From Candidatus Saccharimonadota bacterium (GTDB lineage: Bacteria > Patescibacteriota > Saccharimonadia > Saccharimonadales > UBA4665), in NCBI GenBank assembly GCA_963718045.1, contig OY970350.1, positions 480,001-512,000 of the forward strand: a DNA stretch of 32,000 bases. The letters run 5' to 3'. The stretch's first letter is position 1. Each line of letters opens with the position of its first letter. The notes under the pieces are model-generated. The model did not search any database and was not told where the DNA came from. It saw only the letters and a program-made list of their open reading frames with translations. This document shows positions 1 through 6,513 of this stretch, one piece after another. A program made the translations under genes and the position numbers.

Positions 1-1651
1 GCCATGAAGCTACAGCTGCTATCAGACAGGCAACTATGGCAAAACTAAGGACTAAAATGAGCCCATGTTTAAAGGGGCTACCGATTAAGTGCGGGAAGAA
101 GCTTTTGGATGTTAGACGGGCGGCATCAACGTGCGGTAGCTTGCTAAGGATTTTTGGCCCGAGCAGGGTTTTAAGGGGATTGTAGCCCAAGAAAGCTGCA
201 AACAAATAGCTAATTGGCGGCAGATGAGATAGCTGTGTAGCGAGATGTGCCGATACGCCATTTGCAGTTAACCCGGCATACATAGTCGGTGGCACTTTCG
301 CGGTCAGACCGATGATCATCAGGCTAAAAAATATGCCGATCGACAGCGGCATACCGGTATTTTGAAAAGTGGCCCTCATACCCGAAGCAACACCTCTATA
401 GTCGGCTGGAACGGAGTTCATTATGCCGGCAGTGTTGGGAGCCGAGAATAAGCCAAAAGCCAGTCCGTTAAGCAGTAATATTAGAGCAAAGGGCAAATAA
501 GGAAAGTTAACCGGTAGAAGCATCATCAATGCGAAGCTGGCCGCTGCCAATATCATACCGCCAGTTGCAAAAGGCCGAGCGCCATATTTGTCGGATAAAT
601 ATCCGGACAGAGGTCCAGCAATCAAAAAGCCGGCAGTGGTCGGTAACATAAAAATACCTGCCCAAAGTGGGGTTTCTGCAAATGAGTAACCGTGAAGCGG
701 CAGCCAGATACCCTGCAGCCACATAATTAGCATGAACTGCAAACCTCCCCGGCCTACCGCTGATAGTATCCCCGCCAAATTACCGGCCGTAAAGGCTCTA
801 ATTCGGAAGAGGCTTAAATTAAACATCGGTTGCTTGACACGGTGTTCGATAAAAATAAAGGCTATCAACAGAACGATACCGCCGGCAATCATTTCCAGAA
901 CAAACGGGTTGGCCCAACCCATCGAAGAAGTACCATAAGGTTTGATACCATAGGTAACACCTATCAGGAGCATGGATAGGCCAGCCGCGAAGGCAAGATT
1001 ACCCAGCCAGTCGATCTTAGCTTTGTGGAATATGTCGATTTCCTTAAGCATGAGATAGGACCAAATTATGCCAACAGTTCCGATTGGTACGTTGAAAAGA
1101 AACACCCAGCGCCACGAAAACTGGGCTAAAATTCCACCGACCAAAATACCGATAAAAGCTCCGGCCATTGCCGAAATCTGGTTTATGCCCAGCGCCATAC
1201 CCCGCTGGTTAGAAGGAAAGGCGTCAGTTATAATGGCTGCTGAATTGGCCATCAGCAGTGCTCCGCCAACCGCCTGAACCATACGCATCAGAATCAATTC
1301 CAGGGCGCCGCTGTCGCCATGACTCCAGGTCAATGCCGCACCCAGTGCCCCCAGTGTAAAAATGACAAAACCCAGATTATACATCCGGACACGACCGAAC
1401 ATGTCGCCGAGCCGCCCGAGTGATACCACCAACACAGCTGTTACCAGTAAATAACCCAGTAAAATCCACAGCAGGTAAGTAAAGCTACTGGCACTAAGCG
1501 GATTGATATGAAGACCCCGAAATACAACAGGTAAAGCAATTATCAGGCTGGTCCCGTTAATGGCCGCCATCAACATCCCGAGCGTAGTGTTTGATAGTGC
1601 AATCCACTTGTAGTGGACGTTAACTCTAATACCGCCTTTGAATTTACTCAC
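1..1651 (-). CDS. MFS transporter, DHA2 (EmrB/QacA-like) drug:H+ antiporter family; the 3' end runs off the left edge of the window
   Basis: Absent from the ORF track because it is truncated. My translation of the minus strand from GTG at 1651 is open to position 1: (M)[40 protein letters not shown]...[18 protein letters not shown]...[34 protein letters not shown]... It has MFS signature loops and many hydrophobic segments. An in-frame TGA lies two codons upstream of the GTG, and GGAG lies about 10 nt upstream. Confidence 0.85.
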   Translation of the reverse strand, partial: MSKFKGGIRVNVHYKWIALSNTTLGMLMAAINGTSLIIALPVVFRGLHINPLSASSFTYLLWILLGYLLVTAVLVVSLGRLGDMFGRVRMYNLGFVIFTLGALGAALTWSHGDSGALELILMRMVQAVGGALLMANSAAIITDAFPSNQRGMALGINQISAMAGAFIGILVGGILAQFSWRWVFLFNVPIGTVGIIWSYLMLKEIDIFHKAKIDWLGNLAFAAGLSMLLIGVTYGIKPYGTSSMGWANPFVLEMIAGGIVLLIAFIFIEHRVKQPMFNLSLFRIRAFTAGNLAGILSAVGRGGLQFMLIMWLQGIWLPLHGYSFAETPLWAGIFMLPTTAGFLIAGPLSGYLSDKYGARPFATGGMILAAASFALMMLLPVNFPYLPFALILLLNGLAFGLFSAPNTAGIMNSVPADYRGVASGMRATFQNTGMPLSIGIFFSLMIIGLTAKVPPTMYAGLTANGVSAHLATQLSHLPPISYLFAAFLGYNPLKTLLGPKILSKLPHVDAARLTSKSFFPHLIGSPFKHGLILVLSFAIVACLIAAVASW

Positions 1652-1901
1652 TTTTTCATTGCTCCATTTAAGTTTCAGTAAGACTTCTGTCCTATTTTAC
1701 ACAATTTGTTAAAGCTCTCTCAATGTAAAACTTATAGCAGGTTTGACCAATCATGATCTGCTCAGTCTGGACAGACAGAGGTGGGGCTATTATGTGGCAG
1801 GGTTCTATCTGAGCGACCCAGCCGTAAACTTTAGCTTCTTGTCCGCCAAATGACTTTTCTCTACGGGAGACAAAGTGCCCATGCTCAAATTATTCAGATA
1901 C

Positions 1902-2942
1902 TTAATTACTAAAAGAAGGTTGTCCGGCAGGAGATTCTTTTTCTAGCTCGGCTTCATTACTAAAATCATTTTTAGAGAAAACCTCACTAAATTTTGCGGC
2001 ATCTTCGGCTGTCATTGCTCGATGTTTGATCGTTTCAGTAAAAAATCCATCTTCGTCTTCGCTCTTACTGTATGATTTAACCAAATAACCGTTATAAACT
2101 TGGCCTGTAGCTGCAAAAGGTGTTGCCAGCCACTCTTCTTCAGCAATATCCGGGTTAGAGCCATAATGATGTATGGTAATTCTTACTGCAGATCTCTGTG
2201 GCAAACGAAAATCGACATCGATTCTTACTTGGCCATTATAAATCGATCGATATTTTAATAGATCTGGATAACGAGTTACTAGACCGTTAAGTGTTTGAAG
2301 TACTTCAAGACCAGGACTTAATTTTTCACCATATTTTAATTGGTCCTGAGTTATTTCATCAGCATATTTTAAAAACGCTCTGGCGTTTGTTCCAATTCTA
2401 TTGATTAATTGTTCCGGGGTTATGCCTTGCCGCTTAGCAATTTCTTGAAGCTCATAATTATCGGCAGCTTTTTTAGCTGCAGATTCCTTGTTCCATTGGT
2501 TAATCTCGTTGGACAGAGAATCGTCACGACTGGCTTTAAGCGTTTCAGCATCTTCAGCACTGGCCATATCCATAGCTTTATCAATATTCGTAGTCCGAGC
2601 GGCAGCTGCTTCTTCCGGATGGATTGTATTTTCAACTCCTGGGATAGGATTATTGCTTTCCGTTTGGACATCTGGCTTAACATCGCTTTCGACGTTATTA
2701 CTGTGGTCGACTGAAGCCAAATGGGTTGGTTCTTTATCGGTTTCAGTGGAAGCTGCATCGGTTTCGGAATCAGGTGTCTGGGTATCGATATCTGGGGTTT
2801 GATCAGGTGCCTTATCCATATCTGTAGCGGGGCCAGAATCTAATGGCTCAGGTTGCTGACCATTTAATTGTTCTGTTTGTCCAACCGTTTGCCCGGATGC
2901 CATTGGTTCCGAGCCCTGCTTAAGATCTTCACCGATGTTCAT
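1902..2942 (-). CDS. Hypothetical protein: about 140 aa of acidic Q/P/D/T/E-rich low-complexity N-terminus followed by a roughly 200 aa globular C-terminal domain of unknown function
   Basis: 346-aa ORF with AAGGAAG just upstream of the ATG. No signal peptide or TM segment. I recognise no family motif. The overlapping track ORFs at 2409-2802 look spurious. Confidence 0.65.
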   Translation of the reverse strand: MNIGEDLKQGSEPMASGQTVGQTEQLNGQQPEPLDSGPATDMDKAPDQTPDIDTQTPDSETDAASTETDKEPTHLASVDHSNNVESDVKPDVQTESNNPIPGVENTIHPEEAAAARTTNIDKAMDMASAEDAETLKASRDDSLSNEINQWNKESAAKKAADNYELQEIAKRQGITPEQLINRIGTNARAFLKYADEITQDQLKYGEKLSPGLEVLQTLNGLVTRYPDLLKYRSIYNGQVRIDVDFRLPQRSAVRITIHHYGSNPDIAEEEWLATPFAATGQVYNGYLVKSYSKSEDEDGFFTETIKHRAMTAEDAAKFSEVFSKNDFSNEAELEKESPAGQPSFSN

Positions 2943-3065
2943 ATGCTTCCTTTGTCTATTTTTTATTTTTATACCTTATATATAAAGATATAACACTTAT
3001 GCTTTATCTGTCAATAAAATTTTATAGCAATTATACCCTCAAGCCATAAAGTTAAATTTTGTTCA

Positions 3066-3236
3066 TCATTTTTCAGTCGTTATATCTTTAAACGGTTTTT
3101 TATCAGCTTTGACATTTAGAAATCTGCCCGTCATTGCGTCACGCTCAACCCATCTTTTATTATGTGGATTTAAAACTTGTGTCCTTCTTGTGATCCTGCC
3201 TACTCGCCCGCGTCCTTTTGATTCATTTTTAGCCAT
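3066..3236 (-). CDS. Small basic hypothetical protein (56 aa): MAKNESKGRGRVGRITRRTQVLNPHNKRWVERDAMTGRFLNVKADKKPFKDITTEK
   Basis: Below the ORF-track size cutoff; found by hand. GAGGAT Shine-Dalgarno lies 6 nt before the ATG. A TATAAT (minus strand, 3257-3262) lies 20 nt upstream of the ATG. The R-D-x-x-T-G-R-F core resembles small basic proteins I recall from plasmid and phage contexts, but that recollection is unverified. Confidence 0.5.
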   Translation of the reverse strand: MAKNESKGRGRVGRITRRTQVLNPHNKRWVERDAMTGRFLNVKADKKPFKDITTEK

Positions 3237-3469
3237 ATTCTTATCCTCGTTTAAGTATTATATTTTCATAATAACACTATATAATAGGGCGAACAATAGT
3301 ATTCATACACTATATGTAAGGTTTCTCGAGGAAGTAATCGATTAAAATTCTTCGAGTCAACGTTAGTTTATAGAATAAGGATATTGCAGGTTACGCGACC
3401 AAAATAATAAATCGAATTTTAAATCGCTACAGCTTGCATTATAAATAGTTATGGCCAAAGATAGCCTTA

Positions 3470-3769
3470 ATGGTTGAGATGGCAAAAGACTTAAGTTTAA
3501 CTGCCGATGAGCATTGGCAGGCTGAAGCTCCATGTAAAGGAGTAGGAGGTATTTTCTATGGACCCGATAATGAAAGAGAGAGAAAGGATGATCGTATCGT
3601 GCGAGAGGCTTACGCTAAAGAAATCTGCGGAGCTTGCGCTGTTAGGTCACAGTGTCTGGATTATGCGTTAATAAATAAACAAGAATTTGGCATTTGGGGC
3701 GGTTTGACTCCCGAAGAAAGAGGTGTCAGAACATTACGCATTCGTCGAGCTGAAAAAAATAATCATTAA
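3470..3769 (+). CDS. WhiB/Wbl-family [4Fe-4S] transcriptional regulator
   Basis: Four Cys in the Wbl arrangement: APC-KG ... EIC-GA-C-AVRSQ-C (C-Xn-C-X2-C-X5-C). The G(I/V)WGG turn motif (FGIWGG) is followed by a basic tail (RTLRIRRAEK). An alternative start at 3479 (MAKDLS) has a better purine-rich upstream sequence. Confidence 0.9.
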   Translation: MVEMAKDLSLTADEHWQAEAPCKGVGGIFYGPDNERERKDDRIVREAYAKEICGACAVRSQCLDYALINKQEFGIWGGLTPEERGVRTLRIRRAEKNNH

Positions 3770-3800
3770 CAAAATACTTATTCGCTAATTACCCATATAG

Positions 3801-4112
3801 TCAATGATAGTTTATTGCTTTAGTCTCCTCGGGCATTTCACCGTGTTCCATGCTTACTTTTGATTCAGCTCTAGTTTTGACTAGGTAATTGTCCCGATAA
3901 TGCTCAAAGTAATTCCAATTCCTACTGGAGTTATAGTTTCGCCCATATAAGAGGCCGCCGAGCAGCTCCATGCCAGAAACACATGTAGTGAGCATTGGGT
4001 AACCCGCCGCATCGTCCTCTTCACCTTCTTTTTGCTCGAGTTCCGATATATTTCGTAAATCAAGAAAAAGATAGTTATCAACGATCTGCTTAAAAAAATT
4101 ATTCCTGTCCAT
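3801..4112 (-). CDS. Hypothetical protein (103 aa from ATG 4112; the track lists a TTG start at 4142)
   Basis: ORF MDRNNFFKQIVDNYLFLDLRNISELEQKEGEEDD...; no recognisable domain. The ATG at 4112 lies 7 nt downstream of a perfect TATAAT, so the longer TTG-initiated version would include its own promoter. Confidence 0.5.
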   Translation of the reverse strand: MDRNNFFKQIVDNYLFLDLRNISELEQKEGEEDDAAGYPMLTTCVSGMELLGGLLYGRNYNSSRNWNYFEHYRDNYLVKTRAESKVSMEHGEMPEETKAINYH

Positions 4113-4119
4113 GCCCAAG

Positions 4120-4125
4120 ATTATA
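4120..4125 (-). promoter_or_regulatory. Consensus -10 hexamer TATAAT, 7 nt upstream of ATG 4112 (leaderless-type arrangement)
   Basis: Plus strand reads attata at 4120-4125. The minus strand reads TATAAT-cttgggc-ATG. Confidence 0.45.
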
Positions 4126-4184
4126 CGCTTGAGGCAGAACAAAGACCGAAAAGGTTCTAGAACGGCATGCTCAGCCAGGAAGGT

Positions 4185-5048
4185 TTATAATTTATCTTTT
4201 ATTGAGGCGTTTGCTAGAAGCTCATTGACTTGACTGGATAGATCATCTACGTGGGACTTGTTCTTCTTTCTGATGATCGCCCATATCGGTCTGGTTAATA
4301 AGGGTGTTTCTATTTCAACTAGTCTGCCCGTAGCTAAGTCATCCTTGACCATATGATAAGGTAACAACGCAGTTCCTCTACCAGCGGCAGCCATATCCTT
4401 TAATAGATCGAGGCTTGTTGAGTAAAATATCGGCTTAACGTTTAGACCTAATTTTTTGAATTGCCGGGTAAAGTGCGTGTAGGTTGTTGATTCTATATTA
4501 AATGCCAGCCAATCATCTATAACTTTAGACTGGTCTTTAGTGCCGTGTTCAGGTGAGCAAACAAATACGAATTTTTCATTACGAAGCTTATTTACCTTAA
4601 TATCTTTAGTTAACTTGCCCGGCTGGCCGGTTATTAGGCCGGCGTCAATTTTATTGGCAACAATGTCATTAATTATCTTTTTTGAGTTATCTACCATTAT
4701 CTCTAGGTCTGCTAAAAGCTCGGAGTCTTTAGTGGAGGAATACAGTAGATAGGCAATGCTGTCTATGATTCCGACATGGCGGGATTTGTCTTTATAGATA
4801 CTATCCAGCTTACGGTGAAGCAGACTGTCTTCTTTAAGGATTTTTGTGCTGCTAGCTAGCACTAATTTGCCCTCCTTAGTTAATTCAATGTTGTACCGCT
4901 TTCTTTCAAATAGTCTGACTCCAAGTGAACGCTCCAGGGAGCCAATGGCAAGCGTAATAGCCGGTTGTGATATGCCTAATGTCTTAGCCGCTGCCGAGAA
5001 ACTTTTTAATTTTGCGACTGTGTAAAACTTCAAATATCTATGATCCAT
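4185..5048 (-). CDS. LysR-family transcriptional regulator (287 aa from ATG 5048)
   Basis: N-terminal wHTH: MDHRYLKFYTVAKLKSFSAAAKTLGISQPAITLAIGSLERSLGVRLFERKRYNIELTKEGK, followed by a LysR substrate-binding fold. It is divergent from ino1. The start is revised from 5063 to 5048 because a TATAAT sits at 5055-5060 inside the longer version. Confidence 0.9.
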   Translation of the reverse strand: MDHRYLKFYTVAKLKSFSAAAKTLGISQPAITLAIGSLERSLGVRLFERKRYNIELTKEGKLVLASSTKILKEDSLLHRKLDSIYKDKSRHVGIIDSIAYLLYSSTKDSELLADLEIMVDNSKKIINDIVANKIDAGLITGQPGKLTKDIKVNKLRNEKFVFVCSPEHGTKDQSKVIDDWLAFNIESTTYTHFTRQFKKLGLNVKPIFYSTSLDLLKDMAAAGRGTALLPYHMVKDDLATGRLVEIETPLLTRPIWAIIRKKNKSHVDDLSSQVNELLANASIKDKL

Positions 5049-5054
5049 AAACTG

Positions 5055-5060
5055 ATTATA
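5055..5060 (-). promoter_or_regulatory. Consensus -10 hexamer TATAAT, 6 nt upstream of the LysR ATG (leaderless-type)
   Basis: The minus strand reads cgctatattgTATAATcagtttATG. Confidence 0.5.
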
Positions 5061-5084
5061 CAATATAGCGATTACTTATTGTAG

Positions 5085-5103
5085 ATATAAGCTTGTCTTA
5101 TAT
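5085..5103. promoter_or_regulatory. Interrupted dyad ATATAAG-N5-CTTATAT (contains T-N11-A); candidate LysR-type binding site in the lysR/ino1 divergent region
   Basis: Perfect 7-bp inverted repeat read directly at 5085-5091 and 5097-5103. It is centred about 35 bp upstream of the ino1 ATG. Confidence 0.45.
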
Positions 5104-5128
5104 TTAAATTTAATATAGAATTCCTTTT

Positions 5129-6265
5129 ATGAATAAAACATCAAGTTCTAAAGGAAAAATAAAAATTGCCGTAGTTGGAGTTGGAAATTGTTTCTCTGCC
5201 CTGTACCAAGGTTTCGAATATTATAAAAATGATTCGGGGTCTAATATCCCCGGAGTTATGTTTGCCGATATCGGAGGCTATAAGCCAAGTGACATTGAAG
5301 TTGTCGCCGCCTATGACGTTGACCCCAGAAAGGTTGGCAAACCAATAGGAGAAGCTATTTTTGCCGCCCCAAACTGCGCTAGAATCTTTATGCCTAAAGT
5401 ACCTAAGGGTCCAATTGTCCAGATGGGCCATGTTCTAGATGGCGTTTCTGACTACATGCTAGATCAGCCAGAAGAAGTCGGCTTTAGAATCTCAAAGGCT
5501 AAACCAGTAGATATGGTTAAATCCCTGAAGAAGAGTGGTGCCGACATACTTATTAACTATCTGCCTGTCGGCTCTCAGGAGGCAACTGAATTCTACGCTC
5601 AGGCTGCTATTGATGCCGGCGTTGCTTTTCTAAACTGCATACCGGTCTTTATAGCCAGCGATCCAAAGTGGGAGAAGAAGTTTATTGACGCAAAATTAAC
5701 AATTATTGGTGATGATATGCGCTCCCAGCTTGGCTCTAGTGTGCTTAGCCAGGTTTTACAAGAACTGGCGTTTGACCGAGGCATGGTCGTCGACTTTCAC
5801 CAACAGATAAATATTGGCGGCAATACAGACTTTAACAACATGATGGTTCATTCCCGTCTGGCCAGCAAAAAGAAAAGTAAAGAAAATGTTATTAGGGCAC
5901 AGAATGAACTAAGAGGCATAGAAGTTCCGAAGAATAGTATATTTGCCGGACCCAGTACTTTCCTGCCCTATCTAAGAGACAATAAGGTCGCTTATTTCAA
6001 CATTAGACTCAGGGGGTTTGCCGACGCTTCAGTTACTCTCGACGCTAAATTATCTGTCCAGGACAGCGAAAATAGCGCAGGAGTAGTCATCGACGCCATA
6101 AGGTATCTGAAAGTTGCTAGAGAAATGGGAATAGTTGGTGCATTAAGAGGCCCCAGTGCCTGGACCCAAAAAACACCGCCTAAGCAAATGATGTACAGTG
6201 ATGCTAAGAGTGAGTGTGAAGCTCTGGCTAAAAGGAAAAAAACAGCTACCTCAAATAATCAGTAA
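5129..6265 (+). CDS. ino1: Inositol-3-phosphate synthase (myo-inositol-1-phosphate synthase), actinobacterial/short bacterial type
   Basis: KIAVVGVGNCFSALYQGFEYY (NAD-binding Rossmann start); NYLPVGSQEATEFYAQAAIDAGVAFLNCIPVFIASDPKWEKKF; GDDMRSQLGSSVLSQVL...QINIGGNTDFNNM. These blocks align closely with M. tuberculosis Ino1 as I recall it. Confidence 0.9.
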   Translation: MNKTSSSKGKIKIAVVGVGNCFSALYQGFEYYKNDSGSNIPGVMFADIGGYKPSDIEVVAAYDVDPRKVGKPIGEAIFAAPNCARIFMPKVPKGPIVQMGHVLDGVSDYMLDQPEEVGFRISKAKPVDMVKSLKKSGADILINYLPVGSQEATEFYAQAAIDAGVAFLNCIPVFIASDPKWEKKFIDAKLTIIGDDMRSQLGSSVLSQVLQELAFDRGMVVDFHQQINIGGNTDFNNMMVHSRLASKKKSKENVIRAQNELRGIEVPKNSIFAGPSTFLPYLRDNKVAYFNIRLRGFADASVTLDAKLSVQDSENSAGVVIDAIRYLKVAREMGIVGALRGPSAWTQKTPPKQMMYSDAKSECEALAKRKKTATSNNQ

Positions 6266-6282
6266 GCAATTGTTTTTGCAAC

Positions 6283-6296
6283 TAATTACGTAATTA
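6283..6296. promoter_or_regulatory. Perfect 14-bp palindrome TAATTACGTAATTA upstream of the abrB-like/glmS pair; candidate operator
   Basis: Read directly: TAATTAC|GTAATTA. It lies 26 bp upstream of a -10-like TACTAT, so it overlaps the expected -35 region. Confidence 0.45.
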
Positions 6297-6321
6297 CTTG
6301 TATTTTTGTGACTATTTACGC

Positions 6322-6327
6322 TACTAT
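6322..6327 (+). promoter_or_regulatory. -10-like hexamer TACTAT, 6 nt upstream of ATG 6334 (leaderless-type)
   Basis: TACTAT-tcgaaa-ATG; there is no Shine-Dalgarno sequence. Confidence 0.4.
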
Positions 6328-6333
6328 TCGAAA

Positions 6334-6513
6334 ATGGCACGACCAGATAATGATAATACCGGCATCCGGACGTTGAGCCTTGCGGGTGCTAAGTCATATA
6401 CAGTTAGTATCCCTATAGAGATAATAAGACAGCTGAAGTGGCAAAAAGGCCAAACTTTAGTGGTCCGTCGGATTGCAAAAGATGTGGTAATTAGCCAAAA
6501 GGACATCTCTTAA
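6334..6513 (+). CDS. AbrB/MazE/SpoVT-type (looped-hinge helix) DNA-binding mini-protein (59 aa)
   Basis: MARPDNDNTGIRTLSLAGAKSYTVSIPIEIIRQLKWQKGQTLVVRRIAKDVVISQKD matches the SpoVT-AbrB pattern (xxVxIPxExxxxLxxxxGxxLxV). The stop overlaps the glmS start (TAATG at 6511-6515). Confidence 0.7.
   Translation: MARPDNDNTGIRTLSLAGAKSYTVSIPIEIIRQLKWQKGQTLVVRRIAKDVVISQKDIS

Noticed and set aside
507-1277. Three track ORFs (507-722 minus, 732-938 plus, 1068-1277 plus) inside the first 1.6 kb
   Set aside because: All lie within, or antisense to, the long uninterrupted minus-strand MFS reading frame (1-1651). That frame has clear MFS motifs, and these ORFs have none.
1695-1889. 65-codon open frame (minus strand) and a 36-codon TTG ORF (plus strand, 1743-1853) in the gap between the MFS gene and the acidic protein gene
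   Set aside because: There is no start codon or SD for the long frame, and no recognisable motif in either. They are at best a gene remnant, so I did not annotate them as features.
2409-2802. Track ORFs overlapping the 1902-2942 gene on both strands (2409-2714 plus, 2420-2758 minus, 2488-2802 plus)
   Set aside because: They are low-complexity mirror frames of the repetitive acidic region. No independent translation signals.
3109-3345. 78-aa plus-strand track ORF in the AT-rich spacer
   Set aside because: It has no SD and an implausible composition. It is antisense to a small ORF (3066-3236) that does have a -10 and an SD.
6266-6513. A glmS ribozyme upstream of glmS
   Set aside because: The region directly upstream of glmS is occupied by a protein-coding ORF that overlaps the glmS start. 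Only 68 nt of non-coding sequence remain, too short for the roughly 170-nt ribozyme. I saw none of its conserved core by eye. A cmscan would be decisive.
6334-6513. AbrB/MazE-like mini-proteins (also 16528-16767) as antitoxins of type II TA modules
   Set aside because: The genes immediately downstream are glmS and an ABC exporter. No MazF/PIN/Doc/RelE-like toxin ORF is adjacent.
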